DNA from: Pseudomonadota bacterium
GTDB lineage: Bacteria > Pseudomonadota > Gammaproteobacteria > Burkholderiales > Gallionellaceae
DNA length: 64,000 bases
Direction of reading: 5' to 3'
Assembly (NCBI GenBank): GCA_021787435.1
Contig: JAJYLY010000008.1
Span: 6,319-70,318 of the forward strand
Below the pieces are notes generated by a model. It saw only the letters and a list, made by a program, of their open reading frames with translations, did no database searches and was not told the origin of the DNA. Positions 8,837-17,648 of the stretch are shown here, piece after piece; positions within the stretch are counted from its first letter, which is position 1, and each line of letters opens with the position of its first letter. The position numbers were made by a program, and so were the translations under genes.

Positions 8837-9875
8837 CATGCTCTCTTACCAGCTCTGATGCATGGCTTGCGCGAGTTTGCAGCGCGGCAACCAACGCCGT
8901 ATTACTAGGCGCATTTCCCATCGCCACTGCGATATTGCGCAACCATTGTTCATGGCCGATACGATAAATTGCACTGCCGGCCAATTTTTCACGAAACTCA
9001 TTCTCGTCCCATGCGAACAATTTCACGAGACTGACATCATCCAATCCATTGCGCACCTCAAAATCAGGTTCCGATGTCATCTTTGCGAAGCGATTCCACG
9101 GGCACACCAGCTGACAGTCATCACAACCATATATACGGTTTCCAATCAGAGGTCGCAACGCTATTGGAATGCTCCCCTTGAGTTCGATGGTGAGATAGGA
9201 AATGCAGCGTCTCGCATCCAGCAGGTAAGGCGCGACGATGGCCTGCGTCGGACAAATCTCGATGCAGCGCGTGCAACTTCCACAATGTGCACTCTCCAGA
9301 TGATCCACAGGAAGTGGAAGATTGGTGTAAATTTCGCCCAGAAAAAACCACGATCCCGCATCCTGTGACAGCAACAGCGTGTGTTTTCCGCGCCAACCCA
9401 GGCCGGATTTTCTTGCCAGCGCCACCTCCATCACCGGCGCGCTGTCGACGAATACGCGCCCTTCGAATTCTGCAACTGCGATGCGTATCTTCTCTTCCAA
9501 CTGCGACAGTCGCTTGCGCATCAGCTTATGGTAATCGCGCCCCAACGCATAACGCGAAATAAAGGCGGATTCCCCCTGTTGCAACACCTCCCAGCTGTCC
9601 CGGACTTCTGGCGGCAGATAATTCATGCGCACGCTGATCACGCGCACCGTACCTGCCAGCAAATCCGCAGGACGGCTGCGCCTTATGCCATGTTTTGCCA
9701 TATAATCCATCTGTCCATGAAAACCTTGTGCCAGCCAGTCTAATAAACCGGTTTCAGCCTCTGCAAGATCCGTATTCGCAATACCCGTGGCCTGAAAACC
9801 GAGCTCATGCGCCCAACCGCGTATGTTTTCGGCCAGTTTTTCATACTGCACTGATTGAGGATTTAAATTTTGCAT
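8745..9875 (-). CDS. queG: tRNA epoxyqueuosine(34) reductase
   Basis: Two 4Fe-4S motifs (CGSCTRCIEICPTQA, CDDCQLVCPWN) and a HEAT-like C-terminus. I take the start at ATG 9875 (MQNLNP...) rather than the longer ORF. It is divergent from tsaE, as in E. coli. Confidence 0.85.
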   Translation of the reverse strand: MQNLNPQSVQYEKLAENIRGWAHELGFQATGIANTDLAEAETGLLDWLAQGFHGQMDYMAKHGIRRSRPADLLAGTVRVISVRMNYLPPEVRDSWEVLQQGESAFISRYALGRDYHKLMRKRLSQLEEKIRIAVAEFEGRVFVDSAPVMEVALARKSGLGWRGKHTLLLSQDAGSWFFLGEIYTNLPLPVDHLESAHCGSCTRCIEICPTQAIVAPYLLDARRCISYLTIELKGSIPIALRPLIGNRIYGCDDCQLVCPWNRFAKMTSEPDFEVRNGLDDVSLVKLFAWDENEFREKLAGSAIYRIGHEQWLRNIAVAMGNAPSNTALVAALQTRASHASELVREHVNWALSRQGAQLCTTAHTVPVGKTGLAALR

Positions 9876-10334
9876 GACCACGATGATAGCCGAATCACCC
9901 TTGACCTCGCTGATGAAAATGCAACCACAGCACTGGCAAGACGCCTGACCGCGCAACTCAAACCCGGCATGGTCATTTATCTCAATGGCGACCTGGGCGC
10001 AGGAAAAACCAGCCTAGTGCGCGGAGTATTAAATGCATTGGGCCACACCGGCCACGTAAAAAGCCCAACCTATACCCTGCTTGAACCCTACCATGTCGGC
10101 GGGTTAGACTTGCGCCACTTTGACCTGTATCGTTTGCAGGATGAAAATGAATGGGAGCAGGCTGGTTTCCGCGATGAGTTTGACGGCAACAATATTCTTT
10201 TCATCGAATGGCCGGAAAAAGCGCCAGTCCCGCCAGCCGACATCGTGATCGATCTCGTCATTTTGCAACAGGGGCGCCGTGCTATCATGATAAGCAACAC
10301 CGCTATAGGAAAAGCATGTCTAAAGCTGCTATAA
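9870..10334 (+). CDS. tsaE: tRNA t6A37 biosynthesis ATPase TsaE
   Basis: P-loop YLNGDLGAGKTSLVRGVL and SPTYTL motif. Only an in-frame TTG at 9870 precedes the conserved region. Confidence 0.85.
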   Translation: MHDHDDSRITLDLADENATTALARRLTAQLKPGMVIYLNGDLGAGKTSLVRGVLNALGHTGHVKSPTYTLLEPYHVGGLDLRHFDLYRLQDENEWEQAGFRDEFDGNNILFIEWPEKAPVPPADIVIDLVILQQGRRAIMISNTAIGKACLKLL

Positions 10335-11614
10335 AAACGTCCGCCATTCATCGCCTTTACCATGCGATATTGCTGACCGTGCTTGGACTGTGGCTCACGC
10401 CCTCTCTAGCTGAGGTCTCGATCACGGCCACGCGCATCTGGCCAGCGCAGGATTACACCCGTCTGACACTGGAATCACAGCAACCGATCCATCATCACAT
10501 GTTTTCCGTAGAGAATCCGGATCGTCTGGTCATAGACCTCGATGAGGTTGCGCTTGATGATACGCTAAAGAGCCTCACCGGCAAGATAGACAGCCACGAT
10601 CCCTACATCCAGAGCATCCGCATAGGCCATTACAAACCTGGCATCGTGCGTCTGGTGCTCGATCTCAAAGGACAGGTCAAACCTCAATTGTTCGATCTTG
10701 ATCCTGTAGGTGAATATGGCTACCGCCTAGTGCTCGATGTTTATCCCGTAGTACCGGCAGATCCCATGATGACGCTGCTAGGCCATGAAAAATCCATACC
10801 TGCCTCAGCCCCCGCTGCCGAGACACCTCCTGACAAATCAGCCGACAATTTCACCAGCAATGCTTCCACGCAAAAAGTGCCGCCAGAACCGCACTCCAGA
10901 ACGCTCATCATCGCAATCGATGCAGGCCACGGAGGCGAAGACCCTGGTGCCAGAGGCAGTCGTGGCTCGCATGAAAAAGACATCACGCTGGCCATTGCGC
11001 GCCGACTTTGTACGCTGGTGGACGACACGCCCAATATGCATGGCCTGCTGATACGCGATGGCGATTATTTCATTCCATTAGGCGGGCGTGTCGCGAAGGC
11101 ACGCCAAGCCAAAGCCGACTTATTCGTTTCCATACACGCCGATGCTTTCATCAGACCCGATGCGCACGGCTCATCCGTTTTTGCTCTCTCCGAACATGGT
11201 GCAACTAGCAGTGCCGCGCGCTGGCTGGCTAAGAAGGAAAACGAAGCCGATTTGATCGGCGGGGTCAACATCGCTGTGAAAGACCCTTATCTTGCCCGCA
11301 CCTTGCTCGATCTTTCTCAGACCGCGACCATCACTGACAGCTTGCGGCTTGCCAAACAGGTGCTTGGAGAATTGAACGACATCAATGACTTGCATAGCGG
11401 GCATGTCGACCAGGCCGGATTTGCAGTGCTTAAATCTCCCGATATTCCATCGATACTCGTGGAGACAGCTTTCATCAGTAACCCCAGCGAAGAAACCCGC
11501 TTAAACGACAAGAATTACCAGCTGAAGTTGGCCAGCGCCATTCTGGATGGCATCAAACGTTACCTAGCACAAAATCCCGCTATATCCAAACGCAATATTG
11601 CGCAGATGCCATGA
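10316..11614 (+). CDS. N-acetylmuramoyl-L-alanine amidase (AmiB/AmiC type, AMIN domain + amidase_3)
   Basis: Signal peptide, AMIN-like TRIWPAQDYTRLTLES, and catalytic IAIDAGHGGEDPGA. Start taken at ATG 10316 (MSKAAIK...). Confidence 0.85.
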   Translation: MSKAAIKTSAIHRLYHAILLTVLGLWLTPSLAEVSITATRIWPAQDYTRLTLESQQPIHHHMFSVENPDRLVIDLDEVALDDTLKSLTGKIDSHDPYIQSIRIGHYKPGIVRLVLDLKGQVKPQLFDLDPVGEYGYRLVLDVYPVVPADPMMTLLGHEKSIPASAPAAETPPDKSADNFTSNASTQKVPPEPHSRTLIIAIDAGHGGEDPGARGSRGSHEKDITLAIARRLCTLVDDTPNMHGLLIRDGDYFIPLGGRVAKARQAKADLFVSIHADAFIRPDAHGSSVFALSEHGATSSAARWLAKKENEADLIGGVNIAVKDPYLARTLLDLSQTATITDSLRLAKQVLGELNDINDLHSGHVDQAGFAVLKSPDIPSILVETAFISNPSEETRLNDKNYQLKLASAILDGIKRYLAQNPAISKRNIAQMP

Positions 11615-12159
11615 ATCAGCGATTACTCAGGATATTGAGCGGTTCAGCCGTACGTATCCCCATGCGCTGCAAAACAAATTTACGCGCATCCTCAACAGAC
11701 CGGTAGGTCATAGTGCGGCGGTCAATTTATTTCTTGAAGCGAAGGCGGGCACAGAAATTCGCAACAAGTGTGGCCGGTTACGTTTGATCTCTGCCGAATT
11801 CTACGGACATGATGTTGATCTCGATTTGCAGCTTCATCGAAAATGCGATGACAACGCACAGAATATGGAAAGAAATACTGCCTTGCACTGGGCAGCTTTT
11901 AACGGGCATACTCCAAGCGCCACCCGCATAATTGAGCATCATGCAAAAATCGATGTGCGGAACATCAGGCTGTACCCCTACGATGCAGGCGACTGCGCAC
12001 AACCATGTAAACTTCGTCACACGACTGATCGCCGCCGGCGCAAATCTAGATAGCACCGCCATCGCTCGCTGCTTGCCACAGACGGTTCAGCCTTGTGAAA
12101 CTTCAATGGTGCAGGCCGCTTCAATAAGAGCGAATGGGCTGACTCTTACACATGTATAG
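11598..12159 (+). pseudogene. ankyrin-repeat protein, apparently frameshifted near 11958-11965
   Basis: Frame 0 carries ANK-like repeats (NTALHWAAFNGHTPSATRIIEHHAKIDVRN). The next repeat (SGCTPTMQATAHNHVNFVTRLIAAGANLDS) is only readable in the +1 frame (track ORF 11932..12159). Confidence 0.4.
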
Positions 12160-13231
12160 CAGCAGATCCCGCATTGTCTGAATGTGTTGCAAATGCCATG
12201 CCGGATTCATCATTATGTAAATCATCAAACGGGCTAGGCCTAGACCTGTCCATGCGTCCGCGAAACCAGAACAAACAAGACACAACCATTAAAAGCGAGG
12301 CGAACGTTACAACGAGGTTTTTCCATTCATCCGGGGATTGAACGACAGATGCAGCCTTGGTCTTGTTAGCTTCACTATGGATGCTTGCAGACAACGCACT
12401 CGCTGCATCTACACCGCTTGCACTCACCCCTCTTGCCGCAACAACCCCGCTCGCCGTCATATCGACTGCGGTCCGGCCAGCCTGTTTCTCTTCCAAATCC
12501 CTGATCACCAGTTGCATTTCGCCAATCTGCAACTTGAGATCATTGAGCAGTTTCTCCTTGGCGATCAACTCTTCCTGCAGTGCATCGTTGTTCGCACTGG
12601 CTGACATTGAAGGGTCGTATCTGGATATCGTCAACGACATGGAAAGTTTCATCTGACGATGGTCGTCCTGAAAGTTCCTGATTTCCACCGCCTTGTGATG
12701 ATGACTCTTGTGAGAGTTCAAGATTTTAACTGGTTCTCTCATCGGCGCATCAGATTTAACGACTGCTGGCGGCGCGACTTCCATAGGCGCGTGTGCCTGT
12801 CGCGCATCTTCATTAGGATCTACAGGTAAATTGGCGGCAGGATCAAGCAAAACAGTGTATGACTTGACCAGTTTGCCTGCGACAGAGGTGGTTTCAATCA
12901 ATAGATGAACGAAAGGATCAACCACCGGGCGCAGCGATGTCACCCGTATATAGGATTGTTTTCCAGGCTCATTGACCAGTTGAAAGCGAATCTTGTGATT
13001 ATTGGGATAGATCAGGCCAAGTTTTTTATAATCCTGGTCGTCTGCTAGGCGCACCTTGAATTGCTGCGCTTCCGCGTCGGTCAGTTCGACAATGACGATC
13101 CGTGCTTTAAGCGGCTGGCCTAGGGCGCTGTCCAACTGAATATCATCCCCCAGTACCATCGCATTGGCATCCGCCATAAAAACAGCTGCCATAAAGAACA
13201 TCCACAGTTGCTGAATTACCCCCTGTAACAC
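12146..13231 (-). CDS. FimV/HubP-family N-terminal-domain protein (short form with coiled coil and C-proximal TM)
   Basis: Signal peptide, then LGDDIQLDSALGQPLKARIVIVELTD...SYTVLLDP, which matches the FimV N-terminal domain pattern. A coiled coil (LQEELIAKEKLLNDLKLQIGEMQL) and a TM segment (LVVTFASLLMVVSCLFWF) follow. Confidence 0.65.
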   Translation of the reverse strand: MLQGVIQQLWMFFMAAVFMADANAMVLGDDIQLDSALGQPLKARIVIVELTDAEAQQFKVRLADDQDYKKLGLIYPNNHKIRFQLVNEPGKQSYIRVTSLRPVVDPFVHLLIETTSVAGKLVKSYTVLLDPAANLPVDPNEDARQAHAPMEVAPPAVVKSDAPMREPVKILNSHKSHHHKAVEIRNFQDDHRQMKLSMSLTISRYDPSMSASANNDALQEELIAKEKLLNDLKLQIGEMQLVIRDLEEKQAGRTAVDMTASGVVAARGVSASGVDAASALSASIHSEANKTKAASVVQSPDEWKNLVVTFASLLMVVSCLFWFRGRMDRSRPSPFDDLHNDESGMAFATHSDNAGSAAIHV

Positions 13232-13297
13232 AACGCCCCGTTCTTCATTATGATGAATTATTAGTGATTTGAAATTATTAACAGACTTATGCCCTAT

Positions 13298-13720
13298 TCA
13301 GGCTGGATCAAGAAGAAAAGTATAGGATCTGATCTGCCTGCCTGAACCGGATGAAATTTCCATCACAAGATCGTTGAGTGGATCATCTAACGATTGTTCT
13401 GTGGTCACAACGATATAGGGTTGTTTACCAGACTCATGCACCAGTTGAAAATGAAACTTGCACCCAAGTGGGTATTGCAAACCGAGTTTTCTGTAATCCT
13501 GATCGTCTGCCAGACGCACCTTAAATTGCTGCACATCTGCATCCGTCAGCTCGGCAATCGATATCCGCGCATTGAGCGGCTGACCTATCGTGCTGTCCAC
13601 GTGAATGTCGCCCAACAACAGCGCATTTGCTTGCGACATAAAAAAAACAGCCATGGAGAGCATCCATAGCCACCTCTTTGCATGTATTTTGCTTTTCATT
13701 ATCATCAGCAGTGTGATCAT
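13298..13720 (-). CDS. stand-alone FimV-N-terminal-domain paralog (140 aa)
   Basis: LGDIHVDSTIGQPLNARISIAELTDADVQQFKVRLADDQDYRKLGLQYP...SYTFLLDPA* is closely parallel to the first ~135 aa of the neighbouring gene and stops right after the domain. The start may be the internal MKSK at 13699. Confidence 0.6.
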   Translation of the reverse strand: MITLLMIMKSKIHAKRWLWMLSMAVFFMSQANALLLGDIHVDSTIGQPLNARISIAELTDADVQQFKVRLADDQDYRKLGLQYPLGCKFHFQLVHESGKQPYIVVTTEQSLDDPLNDLVMEISSGSGRQIRSYTFLLDPA

Positions 13721-13762
13721 CGATCAGGAATTGTAACCAAATTGTGCATTTTTGTGGTCAAT

Positions 13763-14650
13763 TCAAACAGGAAACACTCCTGTTGACAGGTAACGGTCAC
13801 CCCGGTCACAAACAATAAATGCAATCACCGCATTTTCCAACTGCTGCGAGATGCGCAGCGCAACACTTAATGCCCCGCCTGATGATATACCGCAGAATAT
13901 GCCCTCTTCATGCGCCAGTCTGCGCGTCATCTCTTCCGCAGCCTCCTGACTCACAAGTTCTATTCTGTCTACCATGTTGGCATGATAGATGGCTGGCAGA
14001 TACGCCTGCTGCCATTTGCGTATGCCTGGAATCTGTGCGCCTTCTTCAGGCTGTACCCCTATGATCTGTATACTTGGATTTTTTTCCTTGAAGTAATGCG
14101 CGCAACCCATGATGGTGCCGGTAGTGCCCATGCTGCTGACAAAATGCGTCAGGCGCCCTGCTGTATCGCGCCAGATTTCAGGCGCAGTGCTTTCATAATG
14201 CGCGAGCGGATTATCAGGATTTGAAAACTGATCCAAGATGATGCCATGCCCGGCATTTTTCATAGCCTGCGCGGTATCGCGCGCCAGTTCCATCCCCCCT
14301 TCCTTCGCTGTCAGCACCAGTTCAGCGCCGAATACACGCATGCTCTGGCGGCGCTCAACGCTCTGATTTTCCGGCATCACCAATATCATCCGGTATCCCT
14401 TGACTGCAGCCGCCATCGCCAGCGCAATGCCGGTATTACCGCTGGTCGCCTCTATCAACGTGTCTCCAGGCTTGATCTCCCCACGTTGCTCGGCATGTGC
14501 AATCATGGAAAAAGCCGGCCTGTCTTTCACGGAGCCGGCAGGATTATTGCCTTCGAGTTTGGCCAGCAACACATTGCTTGTGATGCCTGGGATGCGCTTC
14601 AAACGCACCAGCGGCGTATTGCCTACAAAATCTTCAATGAATGGATACAT
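13763..14650 (-). CDS. cysM: cysteine synthase B (O-acetylserine sulfhydrylase B)
   Basis: Near-collinear with E. coli CysM from memory: GNTPLVRLKR, LEGNNPAGSVKDRPAFSMI (PLP Lys), SSMGTTGTIMG, ICDRGDRYLSTGVF. Confidence 0.9.
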   Translation of the reverse strand: MYPFIEDFVGNTPLVRLKRIPGITSNVLLAKLEGNNPAGSVKDRPAFSMIAHAEQRGEIKPGDTLIEATSGNTGIALAMAAAVKGYRMILVMPENQSVERRQSMRVFGAELVLTAKEGGMELARDTAQAMKNAGHGIILDQFSNPDNPLAHYESTAPEIWRDTAGRLTHFVSSMGTTGTIMGCAHYFKEKNPSIQIIGVQPEEGAQIPGIRKWQQAYLPAIYHANMVDRIELVSQEAAEEMTRRLAHEEGIFCGISSGGALSVALRISQQLENAVIAFIVCDRGDRYLSTGVFPV

Positions 14651-14747
14651 TTTTTTGTCTTAATATTTCAAGGAAGCGCTACCATAACTGCCACTAAACC
14701 GCATGATATTTGCTCATTCATGCAGCACTTGATGAAAGAAGTTTACC

Positions 14748-15572
14748 TTATGGCTGACCGGCTGCGCGATTTGGCATAACCATCGCCATCGCCTGATCCA
14801 GCGGGATATGCAGCAATTCGCTCAAGGCCCTGTAGTCATCCGGCAATGCCGCATCGTTCCAACCATTCGCTGAATGACGGGCAAGATTGACCGCAACAAT
14901 GACGTTGCGTACGCGCTGCAAACCAGCGCTGGCGTCACTCATCAGCGTGATAAGCAGTTCCGGCAACCCCCATTGCATCACCAGTTTCATTTGCAACTCA
15001 GCCAAGGTAAAACCTAACACCTGCATTTGCGCATCACGGCTGCGCATGGCCTTGTCATGCACCTGAAGATCGCGAATCTTCAACATGGCTTCAGGCAAAA
15101 AACACCACATCAGAATTTCGGCGATGTCGTGCAACAGCGCGGCAACCCGCACCTCCTCAAAGCGCAAGTCCTTCAAATACACCGCCCAGTCGAAGGCGTA
15201 TTCGGAAGCTCGGTGTGAACGATGCAGCAAGCGTAGCAAGGGCGGCAACGCTACGACATGCGCCTTGAGCTGATCTTCAATCAGAAGTTCAGGCATCACA
15301 TTCTTGAAAAACTGTTCTGTACCTAGCATCAGCAAGGCCTGTTCGACCTGAACGAGTTCGGTGATTTGCACCTTGCGCTTATGCTCCTGCAGATATCGCA
15401 ACAGCTTGACGGTCATCACGGGGTCTTGTCTGATCGCGTTGGCGATGGAATGCGCAGTCAGCTTGCTTTCATCCTCGCGCAACAAGACAAGATCGCGCAC
15501 AGTATGCTTCAACACGGGCAATTCACTTTTGCTGAGCCGATATACCCACTCGTTCAAATCGTTATCACTCAT
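14748..15572 (-). CDS. HDOD domain-containing signalling protein
   Basis: LPVLKHTVRDLVLL...ANAIRQDPVMTVKLLRYL and LHDIAEILMW are typical of HDOD. Confidence 0.75.
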   Translation of the reverse strand: MSDNDLNEWVYRLSKSELPVLKHTVRDLVLLREDESKLTAHSIANAIRQDPVMTVKLLRYLQEHKRKVQITELVQVEQALLMLGTEQFFKNVMPELLIEDQLKAHVVALPPLLRLLHRSHRASEYAFDWAVYLKDLRFEEVRVAALLHDIAEILMWCFLPEAMLKIRDLQVHDKAMRSRDAQMQVLGFTLAELQMKLVMQWGLPELLITLMSDASAGLQRVRNVIVAVNLARHSANGWNDAALPDDYRALSELLHIPLDQAMAMVMPNRAAGQP

Positions 15573-15613
15573 TACTGCACCCCGCTCCGGTACGACAAGC
15601 TAAAAACTCCAAA

Positions 15614-16507
15614 TCAGCTTCGCCCCCCCTGCACTGCCAGGGTGCCTGTGCGCCCTTCGATTTCGCGCATCAGCACTTCGTGCCTTGGCAAGTCACCCAA
15701 TCCTTGCAGATATTGCTGCATGGATACCAGCTCATAGCCTTGTTTCTGCCAACCCTGCAACAGCTTTTCAAAAATCGGCATCCATTTTCCACCCTCGAGC
15801 TCTGCATGCAAAGTATATACATGATCTCTCACAAGCGCCGTCTGTTGCAAAAGATGCTCCGCAACATTCTCCAGGGTAATGCCATCGCGATTGACCAGTT
15901 CATCCAGTGTTGGCAAGGTGGTGGGCAGCTCTGGACAAGCAACGATCTCCGCTTGCCAGGTTGGAATGAAAGGATGCGTGCCCCGTGTATTCGAACAATA
16001 GTCAAAACCCATGTGTTGCATCAGACGCAGCGCATGCCGGTTCATCTGCCAACCGGCCGCTGCATGCGCATGCGGTGCCTCACCGAAAATTGCCTTATAA
16101 CGGTCAACTGTACGCTGCAACTCCCGCTCTGTCCACTTTGCATCCTTGTGCGCGACATTGTCCTGCCAGCGGATATGGTCAAAACAGTGTATGCCCGCTT
16201 CAAATCCTTCTTCGCGCACCCCGCGCATGATGTCCGCACAGCGTTTTCCGATATCCGGCGAGGGCAACAAGGTACCATACAACAGCGTCTTGATGCCGTA
16301 GTGTTCCAACACTGAAGTACGCGACACCTTGCCTAAAAACCCTTTGCGGAATACCCGTCTGATCGCGCGCCCAGTATGATCGGGGCCAAGAGAAAAGAAA
16401 AAAGTTGCCTGCGCGTGATAGCGCTTCAGCACTTCAACAAGACGCGGAACCCCTTCGCGTGTGCCGCGATAGGTGTCCACATGAACCTGAAGGGCAAGTT
16501 TATTCAT
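15614..16507 (-). CDS. arnD: 4-deoxy-4-formamido-L-arabinose-phosphoundecaprenol deformylase
   Basis: MNKLALQVHVDTYRGTREGVPRLVEVLKRYHAQATFFFSLGPD parallels the E. coli ArnD N-terminus. Start moved to ATG 16507, because the longer TTG-initiated ORF only translates the palindromic element upstream. Confidence 0.85.
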   Translation of the reverse strand: MNKLALQVHVDTYRGTREGVPRLVEVLKRYHAQATFFFSLGPDHTGRAIRRVFRKGFLGKVSRTSVLEHYGIKTLLYGTLLPSPDIGKRCADIMRGVREEGFEAGIHCFDHIRWQDNVAHKDAKWTERELQRTVDRYKAIFGEAPHAHAAAGWQMNRHALRLMQHMGFDYCSNTRGTHPFIPTWQAEIVACPELPTTLPTLDELVNRDGITLENVAEHLLQQTALVRDHVYTLHAELEGGKWMPIFEKLLQGWQKQGYELVSMQQYLQGLGDLPRHEVLMREIEGRTGTLAVQGGRS

Positions 16508-16524
16508 ATCAGGGCTGAGGACTT

Positions 16525-16594
16525 GGGATTGAGGATTGAGGTAATGCGAAAAATCTATATGCAATTATAACTCTATCCTCGCTCCCCAATCCTG
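16525..16594. repeat. imperfect palindromic intercistronic element, copy A (arnA-C-domain gene / arnD junction)
   Basis: + strand arms GGGATTGAGGATTGAGG (16525-16541) and CCTCGCTCCCCAATCCTG (16577-16594), with a ~35-nt AT-rich loop starting TAATGCGAAAAATC. Homologous to copy B. Confidence 0.7.
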
Positions 16595-16597
16595 CTC

Positions 16598-17638
16598 TTA
16601 ATCCATCAGCTTGCGCGCTTCAGCAACCTGCCCGCGATATGCATCGAAGATATTGCGCAAGGTGTCCGCCATGGTAATCACGGGTTTCCAGTTTAACTCA
16701 TCACAGGTATTAGTGATTTTGGGAACGCGGTTTTGAACATCCTGATAGCCTTTGCCATAGTATGCGGCCGACGTGGTTTCGACGATCTTCACCTGCTGCG
16801 CAGATTCGCGATATTCAGGGTATTCCCCGGCCAGTTTCAGCATCATGTCGGCCAGATCGCGGATCGCAAAATTGTTCAAAGGATTGCCGATGTTGTATAT
16901 CTTGCCTGTGGCGATACCGCCCTTGTTCTCGATGATCTTCATCAGCGCATCTATGCCGTCGTCAATATAGGTGAAGGCGCGCTTTTGCAACCCGCCATCC
17001 ACCAGACTGATGTTCTCGCCTCGCACGATATGCCCCAGGAATTGGGTGACCACGCGCGAGCTGCCTTCCTTCGCGGTATGGATTGAATCCAGCCCGGCAC
17101 CGATCCAGTTGAATGGACGGAAAAGCGTGAAATTCAGCCCTTCCATACCATAGCCCCAGATCACGCGATCCATCAGCTGTTTGGAACAGGAATATATCCA
17201 GCGCGGCTTGTTGATCGGTCCGCAGATCAGTTCGGAATTCTCGGGGTCGAATTCCTCGTCATGGCACATTCCATAAACCTCCGATGTCGAAGGAAAGACC
17301 AGATGCTTGCCGTATTTCACCGCCGCGCGCACGATAGGAAGATTGGCCTCGAAATCCAGTTCGAACACGCGCAATGGTTGTTTCACATAAGTGGAAGGCG
17401 TTGCAATCGCAACCAGCGGCAGGATCACATCGCATTTCTTGACATGATACTCAACCCATTCCTTGTTGATGGTGATGTCGCCTTCAAAAAAATGAAAACG
17501 TTCATGACCGATCAGGTCGCTGATGCGATCAGCGCTCATATCCATCCCATACACTTCCCAGTCGGTAGTATTCAGAATGCGCTTGGAAAGATGGTGACCG
17601 ATAAAACCGTTCACGCCCAGTATCAATACTTTTTTCAT
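16598..17638 (-). CDS. arnA: UDP-glucuronate oxidative decarboxylase (ArnA C-terminal-domain homolog, separate gene)
   Basis: MKKVLILGVNGFIGHHL Rossmann motif and SDR catalytic YSCSK. AAGGAAG SD upstream of ATG 17638 (7-nt spacer). Confidence 0.85.
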   Translation of the reverse strand: MKKVLILGVNGFIGHHLSKRILNTTDWEVYGMDMSADRISDLIGHERFHFFEGDITINKEWVEYHVKKCDVILPLVAIATPSTYVKQPLRVFELDFEANLPIVRAAVKYGKHLVFPSTSEVYGMCHDEEFDPENSELICGPINKPRWIYSCSKQLMDRVIWGYGMEGLNFTLFRPFNWIGAGLDSIHTAKEGSSRVVTQFLGHIVRGENISLVDGGLQKRAFTYIDDGIDALMKIIENKGGIATGKIYNIGNPLNNFAIRDLADMMLKLAGEYPEYRESAQQVKIVETTSAAYYGKGYQDVQNRVPKITNTCDELNWKPVITMADTLRNIFDAYRGQVAEARKLMD

Positions 17639-17648
17639 GATGACTTCC

